A stretch of 64,000 nucleotides of DNA from Gammaproteobacteria bacterium. Lineage in GTDB: Bacteria; Pseudomonadota; Gammaproteobacteria; Arenicellales; Poriferihabitantaceae. Below the pieces are notes generated by a model. That model saw nothing but the letters and a program-made list of their open reading frames with translations, had not been told where the DNA came from and ran no database searches. Numbering within the stretch: position 1 is the first letter of the stretch; every line of letters begins with the position of its first letter. The position numbers and the translations under genes were made by a program. The DNA is taken from contig JAPPPS010000105.1 in the NCBI GenBank assembly GCA_028817405.1, positions 6,757-70,756 of the forward strand. The letters run 5' to 3'. Shown here piece by piece: positions 37,787-48,477 of the stretch.

Positions 37787-38818
37787 TCACTTCACATCCA
37801 AACCCATCTGTTGATACACCGCGCGGTATTGGCCGATGGTGTTGGCGATTAACTCGCGACTGCCGGCGGTGTCGCGGAAACTTTCGATGAGCGTCATGTA
37901 TTTGCTCTCGTTGAAGTCCTGATAACTGTCCTCGCAGTACGCTTTTTGGAACGCCCACTGCAGCCACGCCACGCGCTCGGCCGGCACGCCCTTATGCACG
38001 AAGAATCCGCGGAAGCGGTACAGCGGCTCGAAGTCCAGCCCGGCGTCGAGCAAACTCGGCGTCGCGGCGAACGCGCTCGGCCGTTCTTTCAAGATGGTGA
38101 GAATCGGCTTGAACAAACCGGAGTCGAGAAACTTGCGCACATCGCCCGGCTGCTCGAACAACGCATCGACTTGGCCGCCGGCCAATGAGCCGTACCGCGG
38201 CGCGCCTTTGTCGAAAGAAATCTGCTGGATTTTCATGCCGGTGGCGTCGGTGATGAACTTCATCAACACGCGCTCCATCGAACCTTCTTTGGACACATTG
38301 GCGATGGTCGCTTTGCCGTTCTGCGCTTTAACCCAGGCGACAAACGAATCCCAGTCGGTGTAACGCGTCTCGTTGGCGCGGATGTAAATCTGGTTGAAGG
38401 TGATTTGCGAAGTGACCAGCGGGATTAAATCCTGCGCCGGGTTGGGGCGCGACGAGTCGAGCGCGTGCGCGCTGGAAGCGTCGTCGATGTGCTCCAGCAC
38501 GCTGTAACCGTCGGCCGGGGTGGCCATATACGCGGTCATGCCGACGGTGCCGGAGCCGCCCGGTTTGTGGTCGCGGTTGATGGCCACGCCGGTCAGGTCG
38601 GTGACCGCCTGCGCCATCGCCTGCGCCACCTGGCCGGAGCCGCCGGCCGGGCCGTACGGCACGACCATGGTCAGCGCGCGGGCCGGGAATCCGCCCGGAC
38701 GGTTGACCGCGCCGGGCAAGTCATCGGTGGCGCAAGCGGCATGCGCGGCCGCGCCGGACAACAACATGACGGCGGCGGTGGCGGCCGCGACGGTGGCGGT
38801 GAAGTTGCGGAGTTTCAT
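37787..38818 (-). CDS. tctC: tripartite tricarboxylate transporter substrate-binding protein TctC (Bug family)
   Basis: Signal peptide 'MKLRNFTATVAAATAAVMLLSGAAAHA' and 'LTMVVPYGPAGGSGQVAQAMA'. ATG at 38818 with GAGGA upstream. Confidence 0.88.
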   Translation of the reverse strand: MKLRNFTATVAAATAAVMLLSGAAAHAACATDDLPGAVNRPGGFPARALTMVVPYGPAGGSGQVAQAMAQAVTDLTGVAINRDHKPGGSGTVGMTAYMATPADGYSVLEHIDDASSAHALDSSRPNPAQDLIPLVTSQITFNQIYIRANETRYTDWDSFVAWVKAQNGKATIANVSKEGSMERVLMKFITDATGMKIQQISFDKGAPRYGSLAGGQVDALFEQPGDVRKFLDSGLFKPILTILKERPSAFAATPSLLDAGLDFEPLYRFRGFFVHKGVPAERVAWLQWAFQKAYCEDSYQDFNESKYMTLIESFRDTAGSRELIANTIGQYRAVYQQMGLDVK

Positions 38819-38918
38819 CGGTGGTTCCTCGGTGGGTGTTGTTGGGTTGCGTGTACACAGTGTACGCGTTGGGCGGGTCGGCGGCGCGGCCGTGCAACCT
38901 GCGGCGACGGCGGCGCGC

Positions 38919-39755
38919 TCAGCCCCACGCCCGCGCCAGTATAACACCGCCGGAGCAGACCAGAACCGCCAAAATCAAGCGGCGGAAGCGATGCTCGCTG
39001 ACGAACCGGCGCAGCGCCGTGCCGGCCGCCATGCCGAGCGCCACCGGCAGCACCGCGGCGGTGGAATACAGCAGCAGTTGGTTGTCCATGATGCCGTGGT
39101 AATACAGCAGGATTGCCCACGGAATCACCGCGCCGGCGTACAAAAAACCAATCGCGCCGATGAACTGCTCCTTGCGCAAATCGGTGAGCGAAATCAAATA
39201 AATAATCAGCATCGGCCCGAAGAACGAGCACACCCCGCCGATGACGCCGGCGGCGAAACCGAAGCCCAGGCCGGCCGGTTTTTCCCACGCCGCCGGAATG
39301 CGCAGCCGCCAGCCCAAGCCGTGCGCCAGCGCGAACACGATGGCGGCCGCGCCGACCACCGCCATCAGCGCCTTCTCGTCGATGCGCGTGAGAATGCCGA
39401 CGCCCAGATACATGCCGGCCAACAACGCCGCGAACGCGGGCAAGAACCGCCCGGTCAGCCGGTCGGCGCGCGGCGCGCGCAGCGTCTGCCACACATTGGC
39501 CGCCACCACCGGCATCGCCATCAGCACAATCGCGGTCTGCGGCGGCAGCGCCAGCGCCATCAACGGCACCGGCAACAACGGCGTGCCGACCCCCAGCGCG
39601 CCCTTCAGCAACCCGCCGCAAGCCAGCGCAAACGCGCACCAGAGAACAAGAGGAAGGTCGAATTCGTTGATGGGGAACTCCTGGGAATGGGGTTTCAAGC
39701 GGGCCGATACCGGAGTATGGCAAGTTGAGTCGGGTTTATCCACTTGCGGATTCAT
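38919..39755 (-). CDS. TauE/SafE-family (DUF81) anion/sulfite exporter
   Basis: Polytopic, with 'GGLLKGALGVGTPLLPVPLM' and a second 'G.GGG' half. The start is uncertain: the first 40 aa are non-hydrophobic, and an AGGAG lies before the codon for I29. Confidence 0.75.
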   Translation of the reverse strand: MNPQVDKPDSTCHTPVSARLKPHSQEFPINEFDLPLVLWCAFALACGGLLKGALGVGTPLLPVPLMALALPPQTAIVLMAMPVVAANVWQTLRAPRADRLTGRFLPAFAALLAGMYLGVGILTRIDEKALMAVVGAAAIVFALAHGLGWRLRIPAAWEKPAGLGFGFAAGVIGGVCSFFGPMLIIYLISLTDLRKEQFIGAIGFLYAGAVIPWAILLYYHGIMDNQLLLYSTAAVLPVALGMAAGTALRRFVSEHRFRRLILAVLVCSGGVILARAWG

Positions 39756-39879
39756 GCGCTTCGCCCCGGACGGAATCTTGCCGGAAACCGGCGGACGGAG
39801 GCGGTAATAAAGGCGGAGGTTTGCAAAGATGGTAGCATTCAGGTTATCAACTTAATCGGTTGTTGGACCGAGGGGCAAC

Positions 39880-41457
39880 ATGAATCTCAAGCGAAACATG
39901 CGCGCCGCGCGCATTGGCAAAGCGTGGGCCGTATTCCCCGTCATCTTTTTCCTCGCCCTCGCCGGTTGCGCGACCAATCCGGTGACCGGCAAGAGCGAAA
40001 TTATGCTGTATTCCACCGCGGATGAGATTGCGCTCGGCGCGCGACATTATCCGGCATCGCAGCAAGCCGGCGGCGGGTTGTATACGGCGGATGCGGCGCT
40101 TGGCGAATATGTCGCTGCGGTCGGGCGGCGGGTGGCGGCGGTCAGCGACCGGGCGTTGCCGTACGAATTTGTCATCGTCAACAACGGCACGCCCAACGCG
40201 TGGGCGTTGCCCGGCGGGAAAATCGCGGTCAGCCGCGGATTGCTGGTGGCGCTGGAAAACGAAGCCGAACTGGCCGCCGTGCTCGGCCATGAAATCGTGC
40301 ATGCCGCGGCGAAACACGGCGCGCACGCGCAGCAGCGCGGCGCGTTGTTCAACCTCGTGCTACTCGGCGTGGCGCATGCCGGCCGCGACTCGGAGCATCG
40401 CAACCGAGTGGTCGGCGGCGCCGAGGTGGCGCTGCAGTTGACCGGGCAAAAATACGGCCGCGACGCCGAGCGCGCGGCGGATTACCACGGCATCAAATAT
40501 ATGCACGCCGCGGGCTACGACACGGCGGCGGCGGTGACGCTGCAGGAAAAGTTCGTGGCGTTGTCCGAGGGCCGCAAAAGCAACTGGCTCGACGGGTTGT
40601 TCGCCAGCCATCCGCCGTCAACCGAGCGCGTCGACAACAACCGGGACGCGCTCGCCGCATTTCCGGCCGGCGGCGACCTCGGTCGGGCGCGTTATCAAGA
40701 ACGCCTCGCGTATCTGCGCGCGCGCAACGACGCGTACGAGCGGGCGGACCGCGCTCAACGGTTGCTCGACACCGACCCCGCCGCCGCCCTGCGCGACATC
40801 GACGCCGCCATCAAACGCGAGCCGCGCGAGTCGCTGTTTTACGGAATCAAGGGCGACATCCTTTTCGCCCAGGCGCGCTACGCGCAAGCCGCGCGCGAAT
40901 ACGATGCGGCGATTGCGCGCGGCCCAAATTATTACGCGCACTTCCTCGGCCGCGGCCGCGCCCATAATCTCCTCGGGCAACCGGCGCAGGCGAGGCGCGA
41001 CCTCGAGCGCAGCAACCAACTGCTGCCCAACGCGGTCGCGTCATACATCCTCGGCGGCATCGTGCTGGCGGACGGCGAGCGCGCCTACGCCAAGCGACTG
41101 TTCAAGGAAGCGGGCGCAGCCGGCGGTGAAATCGGCGGCGCGGCCGCCAAGGCTTACGCCCGGCTGGACATCGCCGATGCGCCGCACGACTATGTGCGCG
41201 TCGCGCCGTCGTTCAAAAACGACGGCAACGGCGACGGTGAAATCGTCGTCAAGGTGGAAAATCCGACCGGTTATGCGTTGCGCGGCATCGTCATCCGCGT
41301 CAGCGCCAACATCAACGCGCAACCGGTCCGCCGCCGACTGGCGGTCGACCGTCTTGCCCCCGGCGCGGCCAAAGTCGTGTCCAGCCGCATCCGCTACCGG
41401 GCGGAAGATGAAGCGGATGTCAAAGCGAGCGTTATCCAAGCGGCGGTCGACAGTTAG
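39880..41457 (+). CDS. M48-family zinc metalloprotease lipoprotein with TPR repeats (BepA/YfgC-like)
   Basis: Lipobox 'LALAGC', 'HEIVHAAAKHG' HExxH motif, and TPR-like C-terminal half. Confidence 0.85.
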   Translation: MNLKRNMRAARIGKAWAVFPVIFFLALAGCATNPVTGKSEIMLYSTADEIALGARHYPASQQAGGGLYTADAALGEYVAAVGRRVAAVSDRALPYEFVIVNNGTPNAWALPGGKIAVSRGLLVALENEAELAAVLGHEIVHAAAKHGAHAQQRGALFNLVLLGVAHAGRDSEHRNRVVGGAEVALQLTGQKYGRDAERAADYHGIKYMHAAGYDTAAAVTLQEKFVALSEGRKSNWLDGLFASHPPSTERVDNNRDALAAFPAGGDLGRARYQERLAYLRARNDAYERADRAQRLLDTDPAAALRDIDAAIKREPRESLFYGIKGDILFAQARYAQAAREYDAAIARGPNYYAHFLGRGRAHNLLGQPAQARRDLERSNQLLPNAVASYILGGIVLADGERAYAKRLFKEAGAAGGEIGGAAAKAYARLDIADAPHDYVRVAPSFKNDGNGDGEIVVKVENPTGYALRGIVIRVSANINAQPVRRRLAVDRLAPGAAKVVSSRIRYRAEDEADVKASVIQAAVDS

Positions 41458-41480
41458 CGCAAACTAACCGCCGGTGACCG

Positions 41481-42935
41481 TCACTGCCCGGCCACGGTCA
41501 TGCGTTCAATTAAGATGGAGCCGGCGCGGAGGTTGCTGCGGTGGTCGGTGTCAGCGCCGGTGGCGGTTAGGCGTTGGAACATGTCGGATAAGTTGCCGGC
41601 GATGGTGAATTCTTGCACCGGGTGGCGAATCGCGCCGCCTTCCACCCAGAAGCCGAAGGCGCCGCGCGAGTAGTCGCCGGTGACGGTGTTGACACCGAAG
41701 CCGATGAGTTCGGTCACCACCAAGCCGCGTTCCATGCCGGCGATGAATTCCGCCAAGCCATCCGAGGTGGTCGGCGCGATTTCCAAGTTATGCACGCCGC
41801 CGGCGTTGGCGGTGGTTTGCAAGTTGAGTTTGCGCGCCGCGTAACTGTCGAGGACATAGCCGCGCAACACGCCGTCGGCGACCAAGTCGCGCGCCGCGGT
41901 GCGCACGCCCTCGCCGTCGAAAACCGCGCCGCCGGCCGACTTGCGTAAGTGCGGTTGTTCGTGGATGCGGATGTTGTCGGGGAAGAGTTGCGCGCCGGCT
42001 TTGTCCAACAAAAACGACGCGCGCCGGTACAAGTTGCCGCCGCTGACGGCGCTGACCAAGTGCGACAAGATGCTGCGCGCGACGGTCGGGTGGAACAGCA
42101 CCGGATACTCGCCGGTGCGCGCTTTTTGCGCGCCGAGTCGCTGCACGGTGCGCCGCCCGGCTTCGGCGCCGATGGCGCGCGGCGGCGCCAAGTCGGCGGC
42201 GTCGCGCGCCGTGTCGTACCAGAAGTCGCGCTGCATGGCGTCGCCTTCGCCGGCGATGACCTGGCAGGAGACGCTGTGGCGGGAACTGCGGTGGAAGCCG
42301 CGGAAGTCGTTGGAGTTGGCGTATAAATCGACGCCTTGGTGGCTGGCCACGGTCGCGCCCTCGGTGTTGCTGATGCGCGGGTCGAACGCCAGCGCCGCGG
42401 CCTCGCAACCGGTCGCGATGGCCATGGCTTCCTCCATGCCGAGCGGCCACGGATGATACAAGTCGAGGTCGGGGAATTCGGCCGCCAACAGCGCCGGGTC
42501 AGCCAAACCGTTGCAGTCGTCTTCCTCGGTGAGTTTGGCGATGGCGCAGGCCGATTCCACGCTGCGGCGAATCGCGTCCGGCGCGAAGTCGGTGGTGCGC
42601 GCGCTGCCGCTGCGCTTGCCGAAATACACCGTCACCGACAAGCCCTTGTCGCGGTTGTGCTCGACGGTCTCGACCGCGGCGTTGCGCACCGTGACCGACA
42701 TGCCCTGCTCCTGGCCGACTTCCACCTCGGCCGCGGACGCGCCGGATGCGCGCGCCTGCTTCAGCGCGATGTCCGCGACTGCGGCGATGCGGCGTTGCAG
42801 TTCTTCCGCGGCCTCCGTCGTTGATTGGCCGGTGTCGGCGTTGGCGATGGTGCCGGCGGCCGCGGTCGCCGCAACGGGTTCCGCGGTCGCCGCAATGTGT
42901 TCCGCCGCCGCAGTTTCCGCGCGCCTTGCGCTCAT
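41481..42935 (-). CDS. pmbA: metalloprotease PmbA (TldE)
   Basis: PmbA/TldD fold with 'GGVHNLEIAP' and a 'TGDYSRGAFGFWVEGG' C-terminus. The ATG at 42935 shares 1 nt with the tldD stop. Confidence 0.9.
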   Translation of the reverse strand: MSARRAETAAAEHIAATAEPVAATAAAGTIANADTGQSTTEAAEELQRRIAAVADIALKQARASGASAAEVEVGQEQGMSVTVRNAAVETVEHNRDKGLSVTVYFGKRSGSARTTDFAPDAIRRSVESACAIAKLTEEDDCNGLADPALLAAEFPDLDLYHPWPLGMEEAMAIATGCEAAALAFDPRISNTEGATVASHQGVDLYANSNDFRGFHRSSRHSVSCQVIAGEGDAMQRDFWYDTARDAADLAPPRAIGAEAGRRTVQRLGAQKARTGEYPVLFHPTVARSILSHLVSAVSGGNLYRRASFLLDKAGAQLFPDNIRIHEQPHLRKSAGGAVFDGEGVRTAARDLVADGVLRGYVLDSYAARKLNLQTTANAGGVHNLEIAPTTSDGLAEFIAGMERGLVVTELIGFGVNTVTGDYSRGAFGFWVEGGAIRHPVQEFTIAGNLSDMFQRLTATGADTDHRSNLRAGSILIERMTVAGQ

Positions 42936-44416
42936 CAAACCGCCACGCCGCCGACCGTCAGGCGGTCGATTTTCATGGTCGGCTGGCCGACGCCGACCGG
43001 CACGCTCTGGCCGTCCTTGCCGCACACGCCGACGCCGCTGTCCAACTCGAGGTCGTCGCCGAGCATCGACACCCGGGTCAGCACTTCCGGCCCGTTGCCG
43101 ATGAGGGTCGCGCCCTTGACCGGATGCGCGACTTTGCCGCCCTTGATGCGGTACGCCTCGGCCGCGGAGAACACGAACTTGCCGGAGGTGATGTCGACTT
43201 GCCCGCCGCTGAAATTGACCGCGTATAAACCGTCGTCGACCGAGGCGATGATGTCGCCGGGGTGGTGCTTGCCGGCGAGCATAAAAGTGTTGGTCATGCG
43301 CGGCATCGGCAAGTGCGCGAACGATTCCCGGCGGCCGTTGCCGGTCGGCGGCATGTTCATCAGGCGGGCGTTGAGTTGGTCTTGCATGTAACCTTTCAGG
43401 ATGCCGTTCTCGATGAGCACGGTGCGGCCGGTCGCTTCGCCTTCGTCGTCGATGGACAGCGAGCCGCGACGGTTTTCCAAACTGCCGTCGTCGACCACGG
43501 TGCAGAGTTCGGACGCCACTTGGTCGCCGATGCGACCGCTGAACGCGGAAGTCTTTTTGCGGTTGAAGTCGCCTTCCAGGCCATGGCCGATGGCTTCGTG
43601 CAGCAAAATGCCGGGCCAGCCGGGGCCCAGCACCACGGTCATCTCGCCGGCCGGCGCGTCCTGCGCTTCCAACTGCACCAGCGCCTGCGCCACCGCCTGG
43701 CGCGCGTAGTCGGCGGCGCGGTCGGAGTCGCGGTCGGTCAAATACGGGTAACCGTATCGGCCGCCGCCGCCCCAGAATCCCTGCTCGCGCTTGCCGTTTT
43801 CCTCGACGATGACCGAGACATTGAGGCGCACCAGCGGACGGATGTCGGCCGCCAAGTGACCGTCCGAGCGCGCCACCAGAATCACATCGTGCGCCGCCGC
43901 CAAACTGACCATCACTTCGCTGACGCGCGGGTCGGCGTCGCGGGCGACTTGTTCCACGCGGCGCAGCAACTGCACTTTTTCCGCGTCGGCGAGCGACGCC
44001 AACGGGTCGAGCGGCGCGTAGCGGGCCGGGGCGACGCTGTCGCCGCCACCGTTGCCGGCGCCGGCGCGTTTGACCGCCACCCCGCGGGCCGCAGAGTCGG
44101 ACGGATGCCGGGCGATGGCGCGCGCCGCGTCGGCCGCGTCGGTCAACGCCGGCAGGCGCAATTCATCCGAGTAGGCGAAGCCGGTTTTGTCGCCGCTGAC
44201 CGCGCGCACGCCCGCGCCCTGCTCGATGCCGTAACTGCCGGACTTGACCGTGCCTTCCTCCAACGCCCACGACTCGCGGCGCGCATACTGGAAATACAAA
44301 TCGGCGTAGTCGACGCGCGCGGTGAGCAGCCGGCCGAGTACGCGGTCGATTTCCGGCGCGCCGATGCCGGCCGGCTCCAGCAGGGTTTCGCGGGCGTTTT
44401 GCAGGGCGTTGGTCAT
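42935..44416 (-). CDS. tldD: metalloprotease TldD
   Basis: '[15 protein letters not shown]' motif and the C-terminal '[18 protein letters not shown]'. Confidence 0.95.
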   Translation of the reverse strand: MTNALQNARETLLEPAGIGAPEIDRVLGRLLTARVDYADLYFQYARRESWALEEGTVKSGSYGIEQGAGVRAVSGDKTGFAYSDELRLPALTDAADAARAIARHPSDSAARGVAVKRAGAGNGGGDSVAPARYAPLDPLASLADAEKVQLLRRVEQVARDADPRVSEVMVSLAAAHDVILVARSDGHLAADIRPLVRLNVSVIVEENGKREQGFWGGGGRYGYPYLTDRDSDRAADYARQAVAQALVQLEAQDAPAGEMTVVLGPGWPGILLHEAIGHGLEGDFNRKKTSAFSGRIGDQVASELCTVVDDGSLENRRGSLSIDDEGEATGRTVLIENGILKGYMQDQLNARLMNMPPTGNGRRESFAHLPMPRMTNTFMLAGKHHPGDIIASVDDGLYAVNFSGGQVDITSGKFVFSAAEAYRIKGGKVAHPVKGATLIGNGPEVLTRVSMLGDDLELDSGVGVCGKDGQSVPVGVGQPTMKIDRLTVGGVAV

Positions 44417-44500
44417 GGCGACGGTGATGGTGACGGTGACGGTGGCGGTGACGGCGATGCCCCCCTCGTCACCCCCGCAGTCAGTTAAGCGGGGGCGGGG
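44417..44500 (-). repeat. intergenic composite: GGTGAC/GGCGAT array plus one inverted copy of the palindromic element
   Basis: Array at 44417-44460. CCCCCTCGTCA follows at 44461-44471, then the hairpin cccccgcagtcagttaagcggggg at 44472-44495. This matches the reverse complement of the 34999 copy with 1 loop mismatch. Confidence 0.9.
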
Positions 44501-44502
44501 AT

Positions 44503-45435
44503 TTAAGCGGGAACGCCGGCGCGGCTATCGACGGTGTCGACGCTGCCGGCGTGGTGGTGTTCGGCGCCGGCACGGTTGTGTTCGGCGACGGTGGCGGCGC
44601 AATCATCGACAAAAACATCGGCGAAAACATCCGGGCGACGGTGCGACAAACTCGGCAACTGCGCGCGGATGTTGGCCACGCGGCGGTCGTCGATGTCGGC
44701 GAAAACCACGCCGGGGCCAGCCGCGCGCTCGGCAAGCACCTCGCCCCACGGGTCGATGACGACGCTGTGGCCGTAGGTGACGCGCCCGTTGGAATGCGCG
44801 CCGACTTGCGCCGGCGCGATGACATAACAGGCGTTTTCAATCGCGCGCGCGCGCAACAGCGTCTCCCAATGCGCGCGCCCGGTCAGCGCCGTGAACGCCG
44901 ACGGTACCAACAGTACGGTCGCGCCGGCCGCGGCCAAGCGGCGGTACAGTTCCGGGAATCGCAGGTCGTAGCAGACGCTCAAACCCAACACCCCGGCCGG
45001 GCTGGCTTGGGTCACGCAGGCGCGGCCCGGCATGGTGTAGTCGGATTCGTGGTGCTGTTCGCCGTCCTTCAAGTCGATGTCGAACAGGTGGATTTTGTCG
45101 TATCGGGCGCGGCAGTCACCGTGGTCGTCAAACACCAACAGCGCGTTGCACACTCGCGACGCATCGGCGCTGCGCAGCGGCACGCTGCCGGCGATGAGCC
45201 ACAAGCCGGACTCGCGCGCTAACCGCCGCATGAAATCTTGAATCGCGCCGCCGCCGAAGTCCTCCGCGCAGGCGCGCAGTTGGCGTTTGTCGCGCGCCAT
45301 TAGCGCGAAGCATTCCGGCAACGCCGCCAGCGTCGCGCCGCCGGTTTTGGCGGCATCGACCAACTCGGCGGCCGCGTCCAGGTTGCGCGCGATGTCATCG
45401 CCGGAGGTGGTTTGCAGCGCGGCGATGCGGGTCAT
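44503..45435 (-). CDS. carbon-nitrogen hydrolase (nitrilase superfamily, Nit/omega-amidase-like)
   Basis: 'RIAALQ', 'LPECF' Glu, 'YDKIHLFD' Lys region and '[12 protein letters not shown]' Cys. Confidence 0.88.
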   Translation of the reverse strand: MTRIAALQTTSGDDIARNLDAAAELVDAAKTGGATLAALPECFALMARDKRQLRACAEDFGGGAIQDFMRRLARESGLWLIAGSVPLRSADASRVCNALLVFDDHGDCRARYDKIHLFDIDLKDGEQHHESDYTMPGRACVTQASPAGVLGLSVCYDLRFPELYRRLAAAGATVLLVPSAFTALTGRAHWETLLRARAIENACYVIAPAQVGAHSNGRVTYGHSVVIDPWGEVLAERAAGPGVVFADIDDRRVANIRAQLPSLSHRRPDVFADVFVDDCAATVAEHNRAGAEHHHAGSVDTVDSRAGVPA

Positions 45436-45537
45436 GCGAAGATCCCCGGTTGCGCCGCCGGCTGCCGCGCCGGCCGCCCCGGCCGCCCCTGCCGCCCCCG
45501 TCGCGCCGGCCGCACCCGCCGCATCAACCGTCGCGAC

Positions 45538-46137
45538 TCAAAGCGCATAAAACACATGCTTGCCAATCATCACCAGCGCCGGGATGTTCTTGCTCCAAAA
45601 CGGCTGCACATCGACCGTGTGGTAGTGCGTCGCCTCGCTGACCAGCGCCAGGCGCGCGCCGCCCAAAAACAACTGGGCGATGTTCATGGCGCGCCGCCAC
45701 GCCTGCGCGTCGTCGATGACATGGTGGCGCGAGTGCAGCAGCGTCCAACTGAACTGCTTGCGCTGCCACACCACCTGGCACACGCTGTTCGGATACCGCG
45801 GACTGCGCAGACGGTTCATGGTCACGGCCGCAATCGCGGCCTGGCCGCGCGCCGATTCGCCGCGGCCCTCGTGGTAGATATTCATCGCCAGGCAGACCAA
45901 ATCGCGCTGCTGCGAGAGGATGAGAGAGGCCGGGGCGGCGACGGCCGAGACTCTCGAATTGCTCGCGGCCGCGGTGGATGCGGTGACGGTGGCGGCGCTG
46001 CCGGCCGCGTGGGCGGTCACGGTCAAACCGCTCCCCGAGGCGAAAATCAGCGCGCCGGCCGCGCCGATGAGAGCCGCCTGCGCGGCCGAACGCAAGCGTC
46101 GGCGGCGCAGTGACGGCGCGGTTCGTGGGAATGTCAT
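45538..46137 (-). CDS. SleB/CwlJ-family cell wall hydrolase, secreted
   Basis: 'NIYHEGRGESARGQAAIAAVTMNRL..YPNSVCQVVWQRKQFSW'. Arg-rich signal 'RRRRLRSAAQAALIGAAGALIFA'. ATG at 46137. Confidence 0.85.
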   Translation of the reverse strand: MTFPRTAPSLRRRRLRSAAQAALIGAAGALIFASGSGLTVTAHAAGSAATVTASTAAASNSRVSAVAAPASLILSQQRDLVCLAMNIYHEGRGESARGQAAIAAVTMNRLRSPRYPNSVCQVVWQRKQFSWTLLHSRHHVIDDAQAWRRAMNIAQLFLGGARLALVSEATHYHTVDVQPFWSKNIPALVMIGKHVFYAL

Positions 46138-46240
46138 GATGAAACGTCTCGTTGGTGGGCGCGCAAGGTGAAGCGAATCGCGGTTGCGCCGGTTGGAAAA
46201 CGCGCACCATACCCGCAACCGGCGCGCAATGCAAATCCGA

Positions 46241-46343
46241 TGGCGATGGCGGTGACGGTGATGACGGTGGTGACGGTGATGACGGTGGTGACGGTGATGA
46301 CGGTGCTGGCGGCGATGACGGTGATGACGGTGCTGGCGGCGAC
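46241..46343 (+). repeat. intergenic nested tandem array of GGTGAC/GGTGAT units
   Basis: gtgacggtgatgacggtg (18 bp) occurs three times at 46252-46305. It is followed by ctggcggcgatgacggtgatgacggtg (27 bp) and a partial second copy. Confidence 0.9.
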
Positions 46344-46401
46344 CAAATCCGGAATCCGCCGCGCCGACGGTGACCCGCGGCCGCGCGCGCGGAATCGAGA
46401 A

Positions 46402-46620
46402 TTATCGCGCCCGGAAAGTGATTCGGCCTTTGGATAAATCGTACGGCGTGAGTTGCACGGTCACCTGGTCGCCGCGCAGAATGCGGATGTAGTGCTTGCG
46501 CATCTTGCCGGAGATATGCGCGATAACCTCGTGGCCGTTTTCCAGTTTCACGCGGAAACGGGTGTTCGGCAGGGTCTCGATAATCGTCCCCGTCATTTCG
46601 ATGCTCTCTTCTTTTGCCAT
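46402..46620 (-). CDS. infA: translation initiation factor IF-1
   Basis: 72 aa: '[70 protein letters not shown]'. Confidence 0.98.
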   Translation of the reverse strand: MAKEESIEMTGTIIETLPNTRFRVKLENGHEVIAHISGKMRKHYIRILRGDQVTVQLTPYDLSKGRITFRAR

Positions 46621-46670
46621 GCGTCGGTTGCGGTCGGTTGCGCGCTGGCGCGCGGTGATGGAAATCTCGG

Positions 46671-46730
46671 ACTCTACGCGCAATCTGCGCGCATTGCAAA
46701 CCCGCGGCGCGCATTGCAAACCCGCGGCGC
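46671..46730 (-). promoter_or_regulatory. candidate infA promoter (-35 TTGCAA, 17-nt spacer, -10 TAGAGT) embedded in a 20-bp tandem duplication
   Basis: On the minus strand, TAGAGT is plus-strand actcta at 46671-46676 and TTGCAA lies at 46694-46699. The unit gcgcgcattgcaaacccgcg occurs at 46687-46706 and 46707-46726, which creates a second TTGCAA at 46714-46719. Confidence 0.4.
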
Positions 46731-46745
46731 GCGATGGGGCCGCGG

Positions 46746-47798
<1,053 letters not shown>

Positions 47799-47805
47799 AA
47801 CTCAC

Positions 47806-48477
47806 ATGCGAAAAAACGGGCAAGTGCGAATCATCGGCGGGCGGTGGCGCAGCCGCCGGTTGCGTTGCGCGGCGGTGCGCGGTTTGCGCCCGTCGCCGGA
47901 CGCGCTGCGCGAAACCTTGTTTAACTGGTTGGCGGCGCGCTTGCCCGGCGCAGCCTGCCTTGACTTGTTCGCCGGCAGCGGCGCGCTGGGTTTTGAAGCG
48001 GCCTCGCGCGGCGCCGCGCATGTCGCGCTGGTGGAATCGCATCCGCGCGCGGTGGCGGCGTTGCGCGCCAACCGCGCCGCGCTGCAAGCCGAGGGGCAGG
48101 TCGATATTTTCCCCGGCCGGGCGATGCGGTTTTTGCGTGGTGGCGGCGACGGTAATGGCGGCGACGGTGACGGTCGCGGCGAGTCCGGCGAAAGCAATCA
48201 AACCGGCGACGACGGTGACGGTCACAGCGCGCGCAACCAAACCGACAAAAGCAACGACACCCCCGGCCGCCGCTTCGACATCATCTTCCTCGACCCGCCG
48301 TTCGCCGCGCCCGGCCTGCTGGCGGCGGCGTGCCAAAACTTGCGCCCGCATCTGAATCCGCGCGCGCTGATTTACATCGAATCGCCGCCCGCGGCCGCGT
48401 TACCGTTGGCCGCGGATTGGCGTATCATTCGCCGCAAACGCCGCGGCGCGGCGCAATCCACGCTGATTCAGACATGA
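47806..48477 (+). CDS. rsmD: 16S rRNA m2G966 methyltransferase RsmD with a 43-aa low-complexity insert
   Basis: '[12 protein letters not shown]', '[18 protein letters not shown]', 'IIFLDPPF'. Divergent from ftsY as in E. coli. Insert at nt 48139-48267. Confidence 0.9.
   Translation: MRKNGQVRIIGGRWRSRRLRCAAVRGLRPSPDALRETLFNWLAARLPGAACLDLFAGSGALGFEAASRGAAHVALVESHPRAVAALRANRAALQAEGQVDIFPGRAMRFLRGGGDGNGGDGDGRGESGESNQTGDDGDGHSARNQTDKSNDTPGRRFDIIFLDPPFAAPGLLAAACQNLRPHLNPRALIYIESPPAAALPLAADWRIIRRKRRGAAQSTLIQT

Noticed and set aside
46241-46343. Possible CRISPR array suggested by the regular short repeats (also at 55201-55262 and 63735-63960).
   Set aside because: The units are 6-27 bp and directly abutting. 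There are no unique spacers, no leader and no cas genes. These are micro- and minisatellites, not CRISPR.
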